A DNA stretch of 64,000 nt, from contig DATY01000013.1 in the NCBI GenBank assembly GCA_002504905.1, forward strand, positions 6,422 through 70,421. Direction: 5' to 3'. A program made the translations under genes and the position numbers. The notes beneath the pieces were generated by a model. That model did not search any database and had not been told where the DNA came from. It was given only the letters and a program-made list of their open reading frames with translations. This DNA comes from Euryarchaeota archaeon UBA605 (GTDB taxonomy: Archaea > Thermoplasmatota > Poseidoniia > Poseidoniales > Thalassarchaeaceae). This document shows, one piece after another, positions 19,999 to 28,960 of the stretch (position 1 is the stretch's first letter; every line of letters begins with the position of its first letter).

Positions 19999-21141
19999 CT
20001 AATTTTGAAGCATTTCTCTACTGATTATTAGTCTCTGAATCTGACTTGAACCTTCAAAAATTTGTACAACTTTTGCCCCTCTCATTCTTCTTGCAACTGG
20101 ATATTCTTCTGAGTATCCATAACCTCCAAAAATCTGTACTGCATCTGTGGTAACTTCCATTGCCATATCTGCTGCAAATCTTTTTGCATGTGCTGCATCT
20201 AGAGTATTTCTTTCTCCTGAATCTGCTTTCATAGCGGCCTTCCAAACTAACATTCTAGCGGCTTCAATTTTTGTAGCCATATCTGCCAACATGAAAGAGA
20301 TTGCTTGATGTCTGATTATTGGTTTATTGAATGCATTTCTTTCACTTGCATAATTCATAGCTTCTTCCATCGCTCCTCTCGCATTGCCAACTGCATGTGA
20401 TGATATGCTCGGTCTTGAAAGGTCAAATGCTTCCATTGCATTCATCCAACCATCATTTTCTTTGCCCCCAACTAAATTTTCCATTGGGACACGAACATTA
20501 TTGAATGTCACAGATCTTGTATCCGAACACCGCTGACCCATGTTTTCCTCTTTCTTACCCAACTCAACACCTTCAAGATTTGAATCGACGATAAATCCAC
20601 TCATTCCTTTGTAACCTAATTCTTTGTTAGTATAAGCGAGAACGAAAAACCAATCTGCATGACCCGCACCTGTTATCCACATTTTCTGTCCATTAATGAT
20701 GTAATGTTCTCCATCCTTGATAGCCTCAGTCTGAATTGCTTGAACATCGCTTCCAGCACCCGGTTCAGTAACACAATAAGCAGCAATCTTACCTTCAGTT
20801 ACCATTCTCAGATATTTCTCCTTTTGAGACTCTGTTCCTCCAGTAATCAGAGGATAGGATGCTAACATTGAGCTTCCAGCAGCAGTTGCAAATCCTGGAT
20901 CTCCAAATCCTAGTTCTTCCAGAACTAATACTTCCTCAAAAGACCCCATTCCGCCTCCACCATATTTCTCTGGTATTTTCAGAGTTAATAATCCAAGATC
21001 ATTTGCTTTAGCAATGGCCTCTATTGGGTATATGCTTTCCTTATCCCAATGAGCAGCATTTGGTTTTATTTCTTCATTGGCAAAATCACGTGCCAATTCT
21101 CGTAACATTTGCTGTTCATCAGTCAGTTCGAAGTTAACCAT
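19999..21141 (-). CDS. Acyl-CoA dehydrogenase
   Basis: MVNFELTDEQ is a typical ACAD N-terminus, and YCVTEPGAGSD and QIFGGYGY are family motifs. The ATG at 21141 is preferred because GGAAG lies upstream. The ORF track starts at 21159. Confidence 0.92.
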   Translation of the reverse strand: MVNFELTDEQQMLRELARDFANEEIKPNAAHWDKESIYPIEAIAKANDLGLLTLKIPEKYGGGGMGSFEEVLVLEELGFGDPGFATAAGSSMLASYPLITGGTESQKEKYLRMVTEGKIAAYCVTEPGAGSDVQAIQTEAIKDGEHYIINGQKMWITGAGHADWFFVLAYTNKELGYKGMSGFIVDSNLEGVELGKKEENMGQRCSDTRSVTFNNVRVPMENLVGGKENDGWMNAMEAFDLSRPSISSHAVGNARGAMEEAMNYASERNAFNKPIIRHQAISFMLADMATKIEAARMLVWKAAMKADSGERNTLDAAHAKRFAADMAMEVTTDAVQIFGGYGYSEEYPVARRMRGAKVVQIFEGSSQIQRLIISREMLQN

Positions 21142-21188
21142 GATACTTCCAAGCGGCATTAAGTCTTAGCCGTTCTGCTCGATATTAT

Positions 21189-22163
21189 TCACATTGTGTA
21201 GAGTAATGTCATGTATGTTAAGTAACCAATGACCATTGATACACCTAATGATTTTGTTATTTTTCGCTCATTTAATAACATTGTAGCGATCAACCCTGAA
21301 GTTACTATTACTACCCAAATATCTCTTGCCGCAAATTCTTCTGATACAATTATTCCTCCTGCATAAGCAGATGAGACTCCTAGTATTCCAAGTATATTTA
21401 TGACATTTGAACCTAGAACATTTCCTATTGCTACGCCCTTATGCCCTCTTAAAGCAGCAATAATAGTCACTGCTAATTCCGGCAGTGATGTACCTAATGC
21501 TATCACACTCAATCCTACAATAGATTCAGAAATTCCAAAAGAATCAGCAATTCCAACAGATCCTTCAATTAAAAATTCAGCACCCAAGACAATCATTACT
21601 CCGCCTAAAATTGTAATCATTGTAGCTAATAACAAATTGTCTCCCATCCAAGTTTCTTCTAGTTCTTCATCTAGGCCTAATTTTTTTGAATAATTATAAG
21701 AATAGAAATAGTAACTTATTAGAGCAAGAATCATTAAAATACCTATTATCTGGGTTATTTCCCCTATTATGACGGTTATAAGTAAAATGATTGAAGCTAT
21801 TATTACTGCCAAAGCATCTTTCTTAATCCCAACTCCTGGTTTATCGCAAGCACCTAACATAGCAGCCGTTCCTAAAACCAACATTATGTTTGCAACATTC
21901 GATCCAAGTACTCCTCCCACTGCTAAGTCAACAAGATCTTGGTTATTGCTACTCACTGCATTTATCGTGACGGCTAATTCAGGTAATGAAGTTCCAACTG
22001 CAACTATAGTAAAACCGATTAATAGAGGTGAAACATTCATCTTTCTTGCTATTGTTATTGCACCCTGAACGACACTTTCTCCACCAAAAATTAGGAATAT
22101 AAAGCCTAGAACTACTAAAATTATATCTGGTAAACCTAAAAAAACATCTATCATTTTAATCAC
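21189..22163 (-). CDS. Ca2+/Na+ (CaCA family, YrbG-like) antiporter
   Basis: It has two alpha-repeat motifs, GTSLPELAVT(I), and about 10 TM segments. Confidence 0.88.
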   Translation of the reverse strand: MIKMIDVFLGLPDIILVVLGFIFLIFGGESVVQGAITIARKMNVSPLLIGFTIVAVGTSLPELAVTINAVSSNNQDLVDLAVGGVLGSNVANIMLVLGTAAMLGACDKPGVGIKKDALAVIIASIILLITVIIGEITQIIGILMILALISYYFYSYNYSKKLGLDEELEETWMGDNLLLATMITILGGVMIVLGAEFLIEGSVGIADSFGISESIVGLSVIALGTSLPELAVTIIAALRGHKGVAIGNVLGSNVINILGILGVSSAYAGGIIVSEEFAARDIWVVIVTSGLIATMLLNERKITKSLGVSMVIGYLTYMTLLYTM

Positions 22164-22166
22164 TAT

Positions 22167-25055
22167 TTATTTACACATTCTTTTTACATGTCTTGATACA
22201 AGTTCCACGGTAGGAATTGTGTGGTCTTCCAATGTAGGTGAGAATGGAACAGGTGTATCAAGAGCCCCTATAACTACTGGTGGGGATTCCATATCCCAAA
22301 AACTTTCTTCCATTACTCTACTACTAATTGTATGGCCTAATCCTCCAGTATACTGCGACTCCTGAAGTACTATCATCTTCTTGGTTTTCATCACAGATTT
22401 AATACAAGTTTTTGAATCAAATGGCAAAATAGTCCTTAGATCAATGATTTCTAATTCTATTCCTTCATCTGACATCATTTCTGCGGATTTGAGGGCAACA
22501 TGGACCATTGCTCCCCAAGAAATGATGGTCAAATCTTTCCCTCCTCTGATTACTTTTGCTTTCCCTATTGAAGAATCATTATTTTCTAACCTTTCTATTA
22601 CTGATTTTGTATCGATAATCTGATTTATTGAGTCCCCCCATCCTGTTTTGCCTCCTCCCAGACCGTATAAACCAAGATGTTCAAGGAAAACTACAGGGTC
22701 GTTTAATTCATGGGATTCGATCAATAAATCATATGCATCTTGTGGATTACTTGGGAATACGATTGTTAATCCCGGATCGTTCATGAACCATGATTCAATC
22801 ATGTTCGCATGAAATGGACCACTTCTCGTTTTCGCCCCCAATGGTATCCTGACTGTCAATGGTACATTCGCTCCCCATCTCCAACGAAGTTGTGCCGCAT
22901 TATTTACAAGAGCATTCATAGCCAGTGCTGCAAATCCTCCAAATTGAATTTCTGCTACTGGCCTCATTCCTCCTAATGCTACTCCAGTAGCCGAATTTAT
23001 GATAATTGATTCAGAAAGTGGCATGTCCAGAAGTCTGCTAGAATGACCTTTGGCCTTTAGTGGAATATTCATTCCAAATGCTCCTGCAACTTCCATATCT
23101 TCTCCCATGAATATGATTTTTTCTCCATGCCTTTCGGCTAAAGCAACCATTGCATTTTGAATGGCACGACTGTAAGTTGAGGAGTTTGGAGCACTAGAAA
23201 ATTCAATTGCTAACTCCCCATCATTTAGTGGACCCTGAATGATTTCTTTTGCTACTTTTTCAAACCTTTCATACTGTTCAGAGTGTGATTCTGCATCATG
23301 TATTGATGTAATTCCTTTCGTCACAGTATTGCCTTCTGGCCAGGGCATATGTTCCATTATTTTCCTAGCCGAATCCACAAAATCTTGTTCTTCTTCCTCC
23401 ATAATCCTCAACTGTTTTTCACTGGCTCCAAGTGATATACAATGTTCTCTATGATTTGGAAGTGGATCTTTTTCAGCCCAATATTTTAACAATTCTCTAC
23501 CTACATATCCCGGTGGATTCCCAGTTACGGATCCTAAATATAAGTCATCATGATGATGTGCATGTCCACACCCTCTCATTGTCTCGACATGAATCAAAGT
23601 TGGCCCTCCTCCATCTAGTGCAAATTCTCTACTCGTTGCTGTCGATGCATGAAATTGAAGAGGATCTGATCCGTCAATTGTCCATGCTGGAATTCCCATT
23701 GCGTGCCCCTTATCTCCAAATGTTTCTGCTCCAGATTGACCTACAGTGAATGTATCCAGCGCAATTTGATTATTCTGTATCATGAATGCTATTGGTAAAC
23801 CTCTAGCTCCAGCTAGATTCATCGCTTCCCAAAACTCTCCGTTACTGCTACAACCTTCTCCTACGGGGGCCAGATGAAATCTATCAACATCTAATAATTT
23901 TGCAGCAAGAGCAACACCTGTTGCTGTTGCACTGGCAATTGGAAGAGGTGCTGTAGGTGGTAGGATACCTTTTTCCCAATTACCTATGTGTAAATCGCGC
24001 CCTCCTGAGTCCAAGTTACCACCGTCCATGTATGAACCAGATTTCCCCATTTGAGCAGCAAAAATCTCTAATGGAGTTTGACCAACTGCCAATGCTAGGC
24101 CAACATCTCTAATCATTGGTGCGATTACGTCCGCTGTATGTCTTTTTTCAGCAGATAAATCAATTGCTTTTTTGAGTGATGTAGCACAACCAACCACTCC
24201 TTCTTGCCAGGTCGAACGGAAACCTTTCCCTCCAAATTTTCCACCATCAGGCGTAGTTATTCCATTACTGAATAAATCTTTCAAGTGTTCATCGATCGCC
24301 CTTGTCCTAGTCATCCATCTTTGCCATTGTAAATGAGTCTCCAAATTAACACTTGAAGCGTGGGCTATCCTTCTGAGACAGAGTTTTATGTCTCTGATGA
24401 ACCTCTTTTTCCTCCTATTTAGGTATAATTTGGTATTTCTTCTAGGAATTATTTCTTCTTCTCCAATAATTGATAATTCTGGCTTCCATATTCTTTCTTC
24501 CAAGGATTTCGAAATTTTAGTACAAAATTCTTGAGTTAATTGATGATATCTTTTCCCATCGAATTGGGAAGGAGGTTGTATTTTCTTCCATTCTTCTGCA
24601 ATGAACTCCAAGTATCCATCATGCCTCTCAGCTACAAAACGCAGTAATTCTTTCCTTACCTTTTCTTCGGGTAATTTCTTACTAAAAGATAAAGCCTCTT
24701 TCGGACTCCAATCTAATCCCCAAATAGGTGGTAGCTGTTCTTGAGATGTTTTTTTTGTATTTTTTTCAATATCATCTTCCTTCTCAATAAGTTTTTCATT
24801 TCTTTTCTCTGCTTCGGCAATAATCAGGTCATAATTAATTGACGTATCTCTTTCCCAGATTTGATAATTCCTTTTGCGCCCCTTGCCCGATTTCGACCGA
24901 TTTAGAGTAAACCTAGCTCTTTTATCACAATTGCTGCATTTCCGATCTATTTGATTCGTATCGTGATCTCTTGTTTTCCATGGTTCGTAGTTTCCACATT
25001 TTGAACATAGCCAAATCCCTTGTCGCGCTATACTCATAACACTCCCGAAGTTCAT
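22167..25055 (-). CDS. Single-chain 2-oxoacid dehydrogenase E1 component (alpha+beta fused) with a ~220-aa N-terminal zinc-ribbon extension
   Basis: CSKCG-x19-CSNCD is followed by a basic tract. The E1-alpha TPP region is GEGCSSNGEFWEAMNLAG...NNQIA. The E1-beta/transketolase-like region is FMGEDM...FPSNPQDAYDLL...LRTILPFD. The frame is uninterrupted. The ATG is at 25055 and a TTG at 25058. Confidence 0.85.
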   Translation of the reverse strand: MNFGSVMSIARQGIWLCSKCGNYEPWKTRDHDTNQIDRKCSNCDKRARFTLNRSKSGKGRKRNYQIWERDTSINYDLIIAEAEKRNEKLIEKEDDIEKNTKKTSQEQLPPIWGLDWSPKEALSFSKKLPEEKVRKELLRFVAERHDGYLEFIAEEWKKIQPPSQFDGKRYHQLTQEFCTKISKSLEERIWKPELSIIGEEEIIPRRNTKLYLNRRKKRFIRDIKLCLRRIAHASSVNLETHLQWQRWMTRTRAIDEHLKDLFSNGITTPDGGKFGGKGFRSTWQEGVVGCATSLKKAIDLSAEKRHTADVIAPMIRDVGLALAVGQTPLEIFAAQMGKSGSYMDGGNLDSGGRDLHIGNWEKGILPPTAPLPIASATATGVALAAKLLDVDRFHLAPVGEGCSSNGEFWEAMNLAGARGLPIAFMIQNNQIALDTFTVGQSGAETFGDKGHAMGIPAWTIDGSDPLQFHASTATSREFALDGGGPTLIHVETMRGCGHAHHHDDLYLGSVTGNPPGYVGRELLKYWAEKDPLPNHREHCISLGASEKQLRIMEEEEQDFVDSARKIMEHMPWPEGNTVTKGITSIHDAESHSEQYERFEKVAKEIIQGPLNDGELAIEFSSAPNSSTYSRAIQNAMVALAERHGEKIIFMGEDMEVAGAFGMNIPLKAKGHSSRLLDMPLSESIIINSATGVALGGMRPVAEIQFGGFAALAMNALVNNAAQLRWRWGANVPLTVRIPLGAKTRSGPFHANMIESWFMNDPGLTIVFPSNPQDAYDLLIESHELNDPVVFLEHLGLYGLGGGKTGWGDSINQIIDTKSVIERLENNDSSIGKAKVIRGGKDLTIISWGAMVHVALKSAEMMSDEGIELEIIDLRTILPFDSKTCIKSVMKTKKMIVLQESQYTGGLGHTISSRVMEESFWDMESPPVVIGALDTPVPFSPTLEDHTIPTVELVSRHVKRMCK

Positions 25056-25087
25056 CAAGTACTACAACTAATCGCTCTACAAGGCAC

Positions 25088-25287
25088 TAATGTGGTATTT
25101 TCTTTCTAATTGTGGTATCTTCTATTTTATAAATTCATATTTATGTGTAAAATACCATATTAAAACGATTGACTAGAAAGTAAAATACCATTTATAACTA
25201 AAAAATTCTATAAAACCAATAAAAAGCACATTATTTGTAATTAAATACCACAATTAAAAAACATACTGATATTTAAAATACCATAAT
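25088..25287 (-). promoter_or_regulatory. AT-rich intergenic region with six copies of an ATACCA-core motif around a TATA-like box (TTTATAAAA, 25125-25133 on the minus strand)
   Basis: TGTGGTAT cores lie at 25091-25098 and 25111-25118. AAAATACCAT lies at 25149-25158, 25182-25191 and 25275-25284. AAATACCACA lies at 25243-25252. There is a perfect 12-nt inverted repeat, TAATTGTGGTAT (25107-25118) against ATACCACAATTA (25245-25256). There is a perfect 12-nt direct repeat, GTAAAATACCAT (25147-25158 and 25180-25191). Confidence 0.6.
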
Positions 25288-25289
25288 AA

Positions 25290-26447
25290 TTAATATCTAG
25301 GGACACTTGAATCAATAGTAGATGACCATAAATGTATACCTCCTGAAAGATTGTATACATCCATAGGATAATTACCTGATAATTTAAGGAAATTTGCCAC
25401 CATAGCTGATCTAGCACCACTTCTACAATATATTACTATTTCTCGATCTTTTGGTATTTCATCAATTCTTGATGGAATATCTGTATGATCTATTCTTAGA
25501 CTTGTATTTGGTAAGCTAACAATTTTTTCTTCCGATTCCCTTCTCACATCCAAGAAGAAAGGCTTCCATCCATTTTTCAGTTTCTCCACATACTCAAGTG
25601 GACTTATCTCTTTCATATTTTCACTATTATGAGAGGCATCTAATGATTCTTCCTCATCTAAACTCAGCGCACAAGAAATCGCCTCTTCTGAAAGTTCAGT
25701 AACTTTTTCTCTATCTTTATTCATACTGTATCTAAGTTTTCTAATATTCATTGTTTGAGTGTCAATCAATAATAATTCATAATCTAGAATTCCATCCATT
25801 TTAAGAATAATTTTTAGTACCTCATTAGCTTGAAATGAACCTACAATTCCGGGCAATACTCCTAAAACTCCGGCTTCTGCACAATTTGGTGCTAATTCTG
25901 GAGGCGGTGCTTTAGGAAATAAATCTCTATAATTGGGGCTACCATTCAGATTGAATACTGAGACTTGCCCCTCAAATCTATGGATACTACCGAAAACCCA
26001 AGGTTTACCTAGAATTTCACAACAATCACTAATTGTATATCTGGTTGCAAAATTATCTGTTCCATCTACAATAATGTCAAATTTACTAATTATTTCTTCA
26101 GCATTTTCAATTGTCAATCTACTGTCAAATAGTTCAACAACTATTTCGGGATTAATTTGATGAATTCTTTTCTTGGCTGATTCTGTCTTTAGTTCGCCAA
26201 CAGATGATGTAGAATGAATAATTTGTCTTTGCAAATTAGTCATATCCACTTTATCATCGTCAATTATCCCAATTCTGCCAACACCAGCAGCTGCTAAATA
26301 CATCAGAACTGGTGAGCCAAGCCCACCAGCTCCAACAACTAGCACGGAGGAAGATTTGATCATTTTTTGTCCAGATTCGCCCACTTGAGGCAATATTAGA
26401 TGCCTAGCATATCTGACTTTTTCATCAGCGGTTAGGTCAATAGACAT
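25290..26447 (-). CDS. moeB: MoeB/ThiF/UbaA-type E1-like adenylyltransferase fused to a C-terminal rhodanese domain
   Basis: RYARHLILPQVG and VLVVGAGGLGSP form the adenylation domain. The C-terminal IVIYCRSGARS is a rhodanese active-site loop. The ATG is at 26447, and the ORF track starts at the TTG at 26459. Confidence 0.85.
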   Translation of the reverse strand: MSIDLTADEKVRYARHLILPQVGESGQKMIKSSSVLVVGAGGLGSPVLMYLAAAGVGRIGIIDDDKVDMTNLQRQIIHSTSSVGELKTESAKKRIHQINPEIVVELFDSRLTIENAEEIISKFDIIVDGTDNFATRYTISDCCEILGKPWVFGSIHRFEGQVSVFNLNGSPNYRDLFPKAPPPELAPNCAEAGVLGVLPGIVGSFQANEVLKIILKMDGILDYELLLIDTQTMNIRKLRYSMNKDREKVTELSEEAISCALSLDEEESLDASHNSENMKEISPLEYVEKLKNGWKPFFLDVRRESEEKIVSLPNTSLRIDHTDIPSRIDEIPKDREIVIYCRSGARSAMVANFLKLSGNYPMDVYNLSGGIHLWSSTIDSSVPRY

Positions 26448-26455
26448 CTTAAACC

Positions 26456-27385
26456 TCAATGTTGCTCTTCAAGCCATTTTTCTGCATCTATTGCTGCTTG
26501 GCATCCCATTCCAGCTGCTGTGATGGCTTGTCGATATCTAGTATCAACAACATCTCCTGCCGCAAATACTCCATCTACACTAGTCATAGTGTGTATTTTT
26601 GCGAGGATATAACCTGAATCGTCAGTTTGAACCTGCCCATCCAAGAAATTAGTAATTGGTTTATGACCAATTGCGATGAAAGCCCCTGTGCATGAAATTT
26701 CTTCTGTACTACCATCTCTTGGGTCTTCTAGAATAGCTCCACTTAATCCGCTTTCATCAGAAAGCCATGATTTAACTGTTCTAAATGTCCTTATCTCAAT
26801 TTTTGGATTGTTCAAAGCTCTTTCATACATGACTTTAGATGCTCTGAAAACATCTCTTCTGTGTAATAATGTTACTTTGCTAGCAAATCGGGTTAAGAAT
26901 GTGGCTTCTTCCATCGCCGAGTCCCCTCCGCCAATAACTAATACTTCTTGCTCACGGAAAAATGCTCCATCACAAGTTGCACAAGTGCTTATTCCTCTAC
27001 CCTTTTGCTCCTCTTCCCCCTCTGCTCCTAACCAGATTGATTCTGCTCCTGTACAAATTATTACTGACTTTGAGCGGAATTCTTCCCCTTCAACCCAAAT
27101 TCTAAATGGTTTTGTAGAAAAGTCAACCCTTTCTACATTCTTATCTTGAACCTCTAATCCAAATTTCTCTGCCTGTTCTCTTAATTGAATCATCATTTCC
27201 GGGCCTCCAATTCCTTCTGGATATCCAGGGAAATTTTCTATATCTGATGTTAGCATTAATTGTCCTCCAGACATATATCCGGCGAACATTAATGGTTCCA
27301 GTAATGCTCTAGCTGAATATAGCCCCGCAGTATACCCTGCAGGACCAGAACCTATGATTATCACATTTCGCACTTCATCAGCCAT
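26456..27385 (-). CDS. trxB: Thioredoxin reductase
   Basis: IIIGSGPAGYTAG, the redox-active CATCDG, GGGDSAMEEA and GDV are present. Confidence 0.93.
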   Translation of the reverse strand: MADEVRNVIIIGSGPAGYTAGLYSARALLEPLMFAGYMSGGQLMLTSDIENFPGYPEGIGGPEMMIQLREQAEKFGLEVQDKNVERVDFSTKPFRIWVEGEEFRSKSVIICTGAESIWLGAEGEEEQKGRGISTCATCDGAFFREQEVLVIGGGDSAMEEATFLTRFASKVTLLHRRDVFRASKVMYERALNNPKIEIRTFRTVKSWLSDESGLSGAILEDPRDGSTEEISCTGAFIAIGHKPITNFLDGQVQTDDSGYILAKIHTMTSVDGVFAAGDVVDTRYRQAITAAGMGCQAAIDAEKWLEEQH

Positions 27386-27465
27386 GAGTCTCGGAATGAT
27401 AGGAGTGCTTTGAACATTAACTTGATGAAAACACTATTTTATCGATATAGACAGGTATTCGATAT

Positions 27466-27861
27466 TCATTTTGACATCTTGATTACAGCGTCTACTGCTG
27501 TCCTTGCATGAGGTTCTAATCTTGGTTCAATGTGATGTTTTTCAGTTCCAGGGCCAATAATACCTAATCCAATTGGTTTGTTATGTTTAATCTGTAATTC
27601 TAAAATCGATTTAGTAACTGCTTGTCCCATAACAAGGCCATGTTGAGTTTCTCCTCGTTCAATAATTCCAAGAGCAATTGCAGCATCAACTTCTTCAATT
27701 CTCAAAATTCGTTCCAAAGCTAATGGTACTTCCATTGAACCAGGAACCCATATTATCTGCGATATTTCAGCGCCTCTAATTTCTGCCTCATTTTTAGCAT
27801 ATTCAAGCATTCTTTCAATCTCTTCTTTGTGGAATGATCCGCATACAGCCGCAATATTCAT
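27466..27861 (-). CDS. ribH: 6,7-dimethyl-8-ribityllumazine synthase (short archaeal form)
   Basis: It is 131 aa. VPGSMEVPLA, GIIERGETQHG and GIIGPG resemble the archaeal lumazine synthase. It sits in a riboflavin gene cluster. Confidence 0.8.
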   Translation of the reverse strand: MNIAAVCGSFHKEEIERMLEYAKNEAEIRGAEISQIIWVPGSMEVPLALERILRIEEVDAAIALGIIERGETQHGLVMGQAVTKSILELQIKHNKPIGLGIIGPGTEKHHIEPRLEPHARTAVDAVIKMSK

Positions 27862-28463
27862 TATTTCACTTCCAAACTTTTCCTAATAGTATCAACAACA
27901 GCTTGAGTGCGTGAATCAATTTCTATATTCACGTAATCACCAACTTTTTTTTGTCCTATTGTAGTGACTCTCAATGTTTCGGGAATAATATGTAAGGAAA
28001 AATTCTCTTGACTAACGTTTCCTATAGTTAATGACATTCCGTCTATCGAAATATATCCTTTTTCAAGAATATAATGACTAGCATCAGATGGATTTTCAAC
28101 TAAAATATCTTTACCATCTCCTTTATCAGTAATCTGTAAGATTTTTGCAGCCATTAAGACATGTCCTGATATTATATGCCCACCTAATTCATCTCCCATT
28201 TTCAGTGATCTTTCAACATTAACTGAAGAATTAACATTTAGGCTACCTAAGGTGGTTCGAGTCAAGGTTTCTTCTATAGCATCAAATTTTACTAGATTAT
28301 TTTCTATTGATACAACGGTCATACAGACGCCATCTAGAGCCACACTAGCTCCGATTTCTAGATTATCAATATATTTTCCTAAATCCACAGTAAAACTACG
28401 AATGAGATCTTTGTCCTCAATTTTTACTATTGGTGCTGTTCCAGCAACTATTCCTGTGAACAT
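27861..28463 (-). CDS. ribE: Riboflavin synthase, two-barrel bacterial/eukaryotic type
   Basis: It starts MFTGIV at the ATG at 28463. The second-barrel motif is GGHIISGHV. SIDGMSLT and VALDGVCMTV are also present. The ORF track extends it upstream into ribL. Confidence 0.88.
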   Translation of the reverse strand: MFTGIVAGTAPIVKIEDKDLIRSFTVDLGKYIDNLEIGASVALDGVCMTVVSIENNLVKFDAIEETLTRTTLGSLNVNSSVNVERSLKMGDELGGHIISGHVLMAAKILQITDKGDGKDILVENPSDASHYILEKGYISIDGMSLTIGNVSQENFSLHIIPETLRVTTIGQKKVGDYVNIEIDSRTQAVVDTIRKSLEVK

Positions 28464-28464
28464 C

Positions 28465-28923
28465 TCAATCTTCCTCATAGGGGCCGCCAGTTTCACCGGA
28501 CCATAAACTAAGTATTTTAGCAATTATTTTTCTTGTACCATCCAAGTCATCTGCAAGTCCTTCCACTCGAATTACCTCTACATTACCCCAGCCATTATTT
28601 TCCAAACCTAGTTTTATTGCATCTCGTGAATGCTTCTGATCATATCCTAAGGCAATGATATCAGGTTTTATGGAGCCCAATATTTCAAAAATTGGAAAAC
28701 TTGGAGGATTCCCCACAATTGCTTTATCGACAGGTTTCAATCCTTCTACCATTCTTCTTCTTAATTCTTGGTTCGTTACAGGTTCATGTTTTTGCTTACG
28801 CACAGTATCATCATGGGCAACAACAACAACTAATTCATCTCCTAATGATTTAGCTTGCTCTACATAATGAAGATGACCTGCATGAAGTAAATCGAAGACA
28901 CCGACTGCCATTACACGAACCAT
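28465..28923 (-). CDS. ribL: FAD synthetase (FMN adenylyltransferase), archaeal RibL cytidylyltransferase-fold type
   Basis: MAVGVFDLLHAGHLHYVEQAK is the nucleotidyltransferase (H/T)xGH motif. It is about 150 aa. The ATG at 28923 is preferred. Confidence 0.8.
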   Translation of the reverse strand: MVRVMAVGVFDLLHAGHLHYVEQAKSLGDELVVVVAHDDTVRKQKHEPVTNQELRRRMVEGLKPVDKAIVGNPPSFPIFEILGSIKPDIIALGYDQKHSRDAIKLGLENNGWGNVEVIRVEGLADDLDGTRKIIAKILSLWSGETGGPYEED

Positions 28924-28960
28924 TCCCGTCACTCTCAATTCTTATTGTACTCATATCAAT

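Noticed and set aside
25090-25176. 28-codon ORF (MWYFLSNCGIFYFINSYLCVKYHIKTID) inside the AT-rich gap
   Set aside because: It has no ribosome-binding signal, its composition is what AT-rich non-coding DNA yields by chance, and it overlaps the repeat motifs.
25059-25289. Possible replication origin, since the gap is AT-rich with inverted repeat elements on both sides
   Set aside because: No orc1/cdc6 or other replication gene is adjacent. The repeated motif (ATACCA core) does not resemble the ORB/mini-ORB consensus I know. The region has a straightforward promoter-like layout for the downstream gene. It is kept only as a remote alternative.
27421-27465. C-box-like UGAUGA (27423-27428) in the ribH-trxB spacer, as a possible C/D box sRNA
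   Set aside because: No D box (CUGA) or C'/D' elements follow at appropriate spacing on that strand. The spacer is only 80 bp and must also hold the trxB promoter.
28464-28523. 20-codon upstream extension of riboflavin synthase overlapping ribL
   Set aside because: Riboflavin synthases begin at the conserved MFTGI sequence. The ATG at 28463 lies immediately after the ribL stop.
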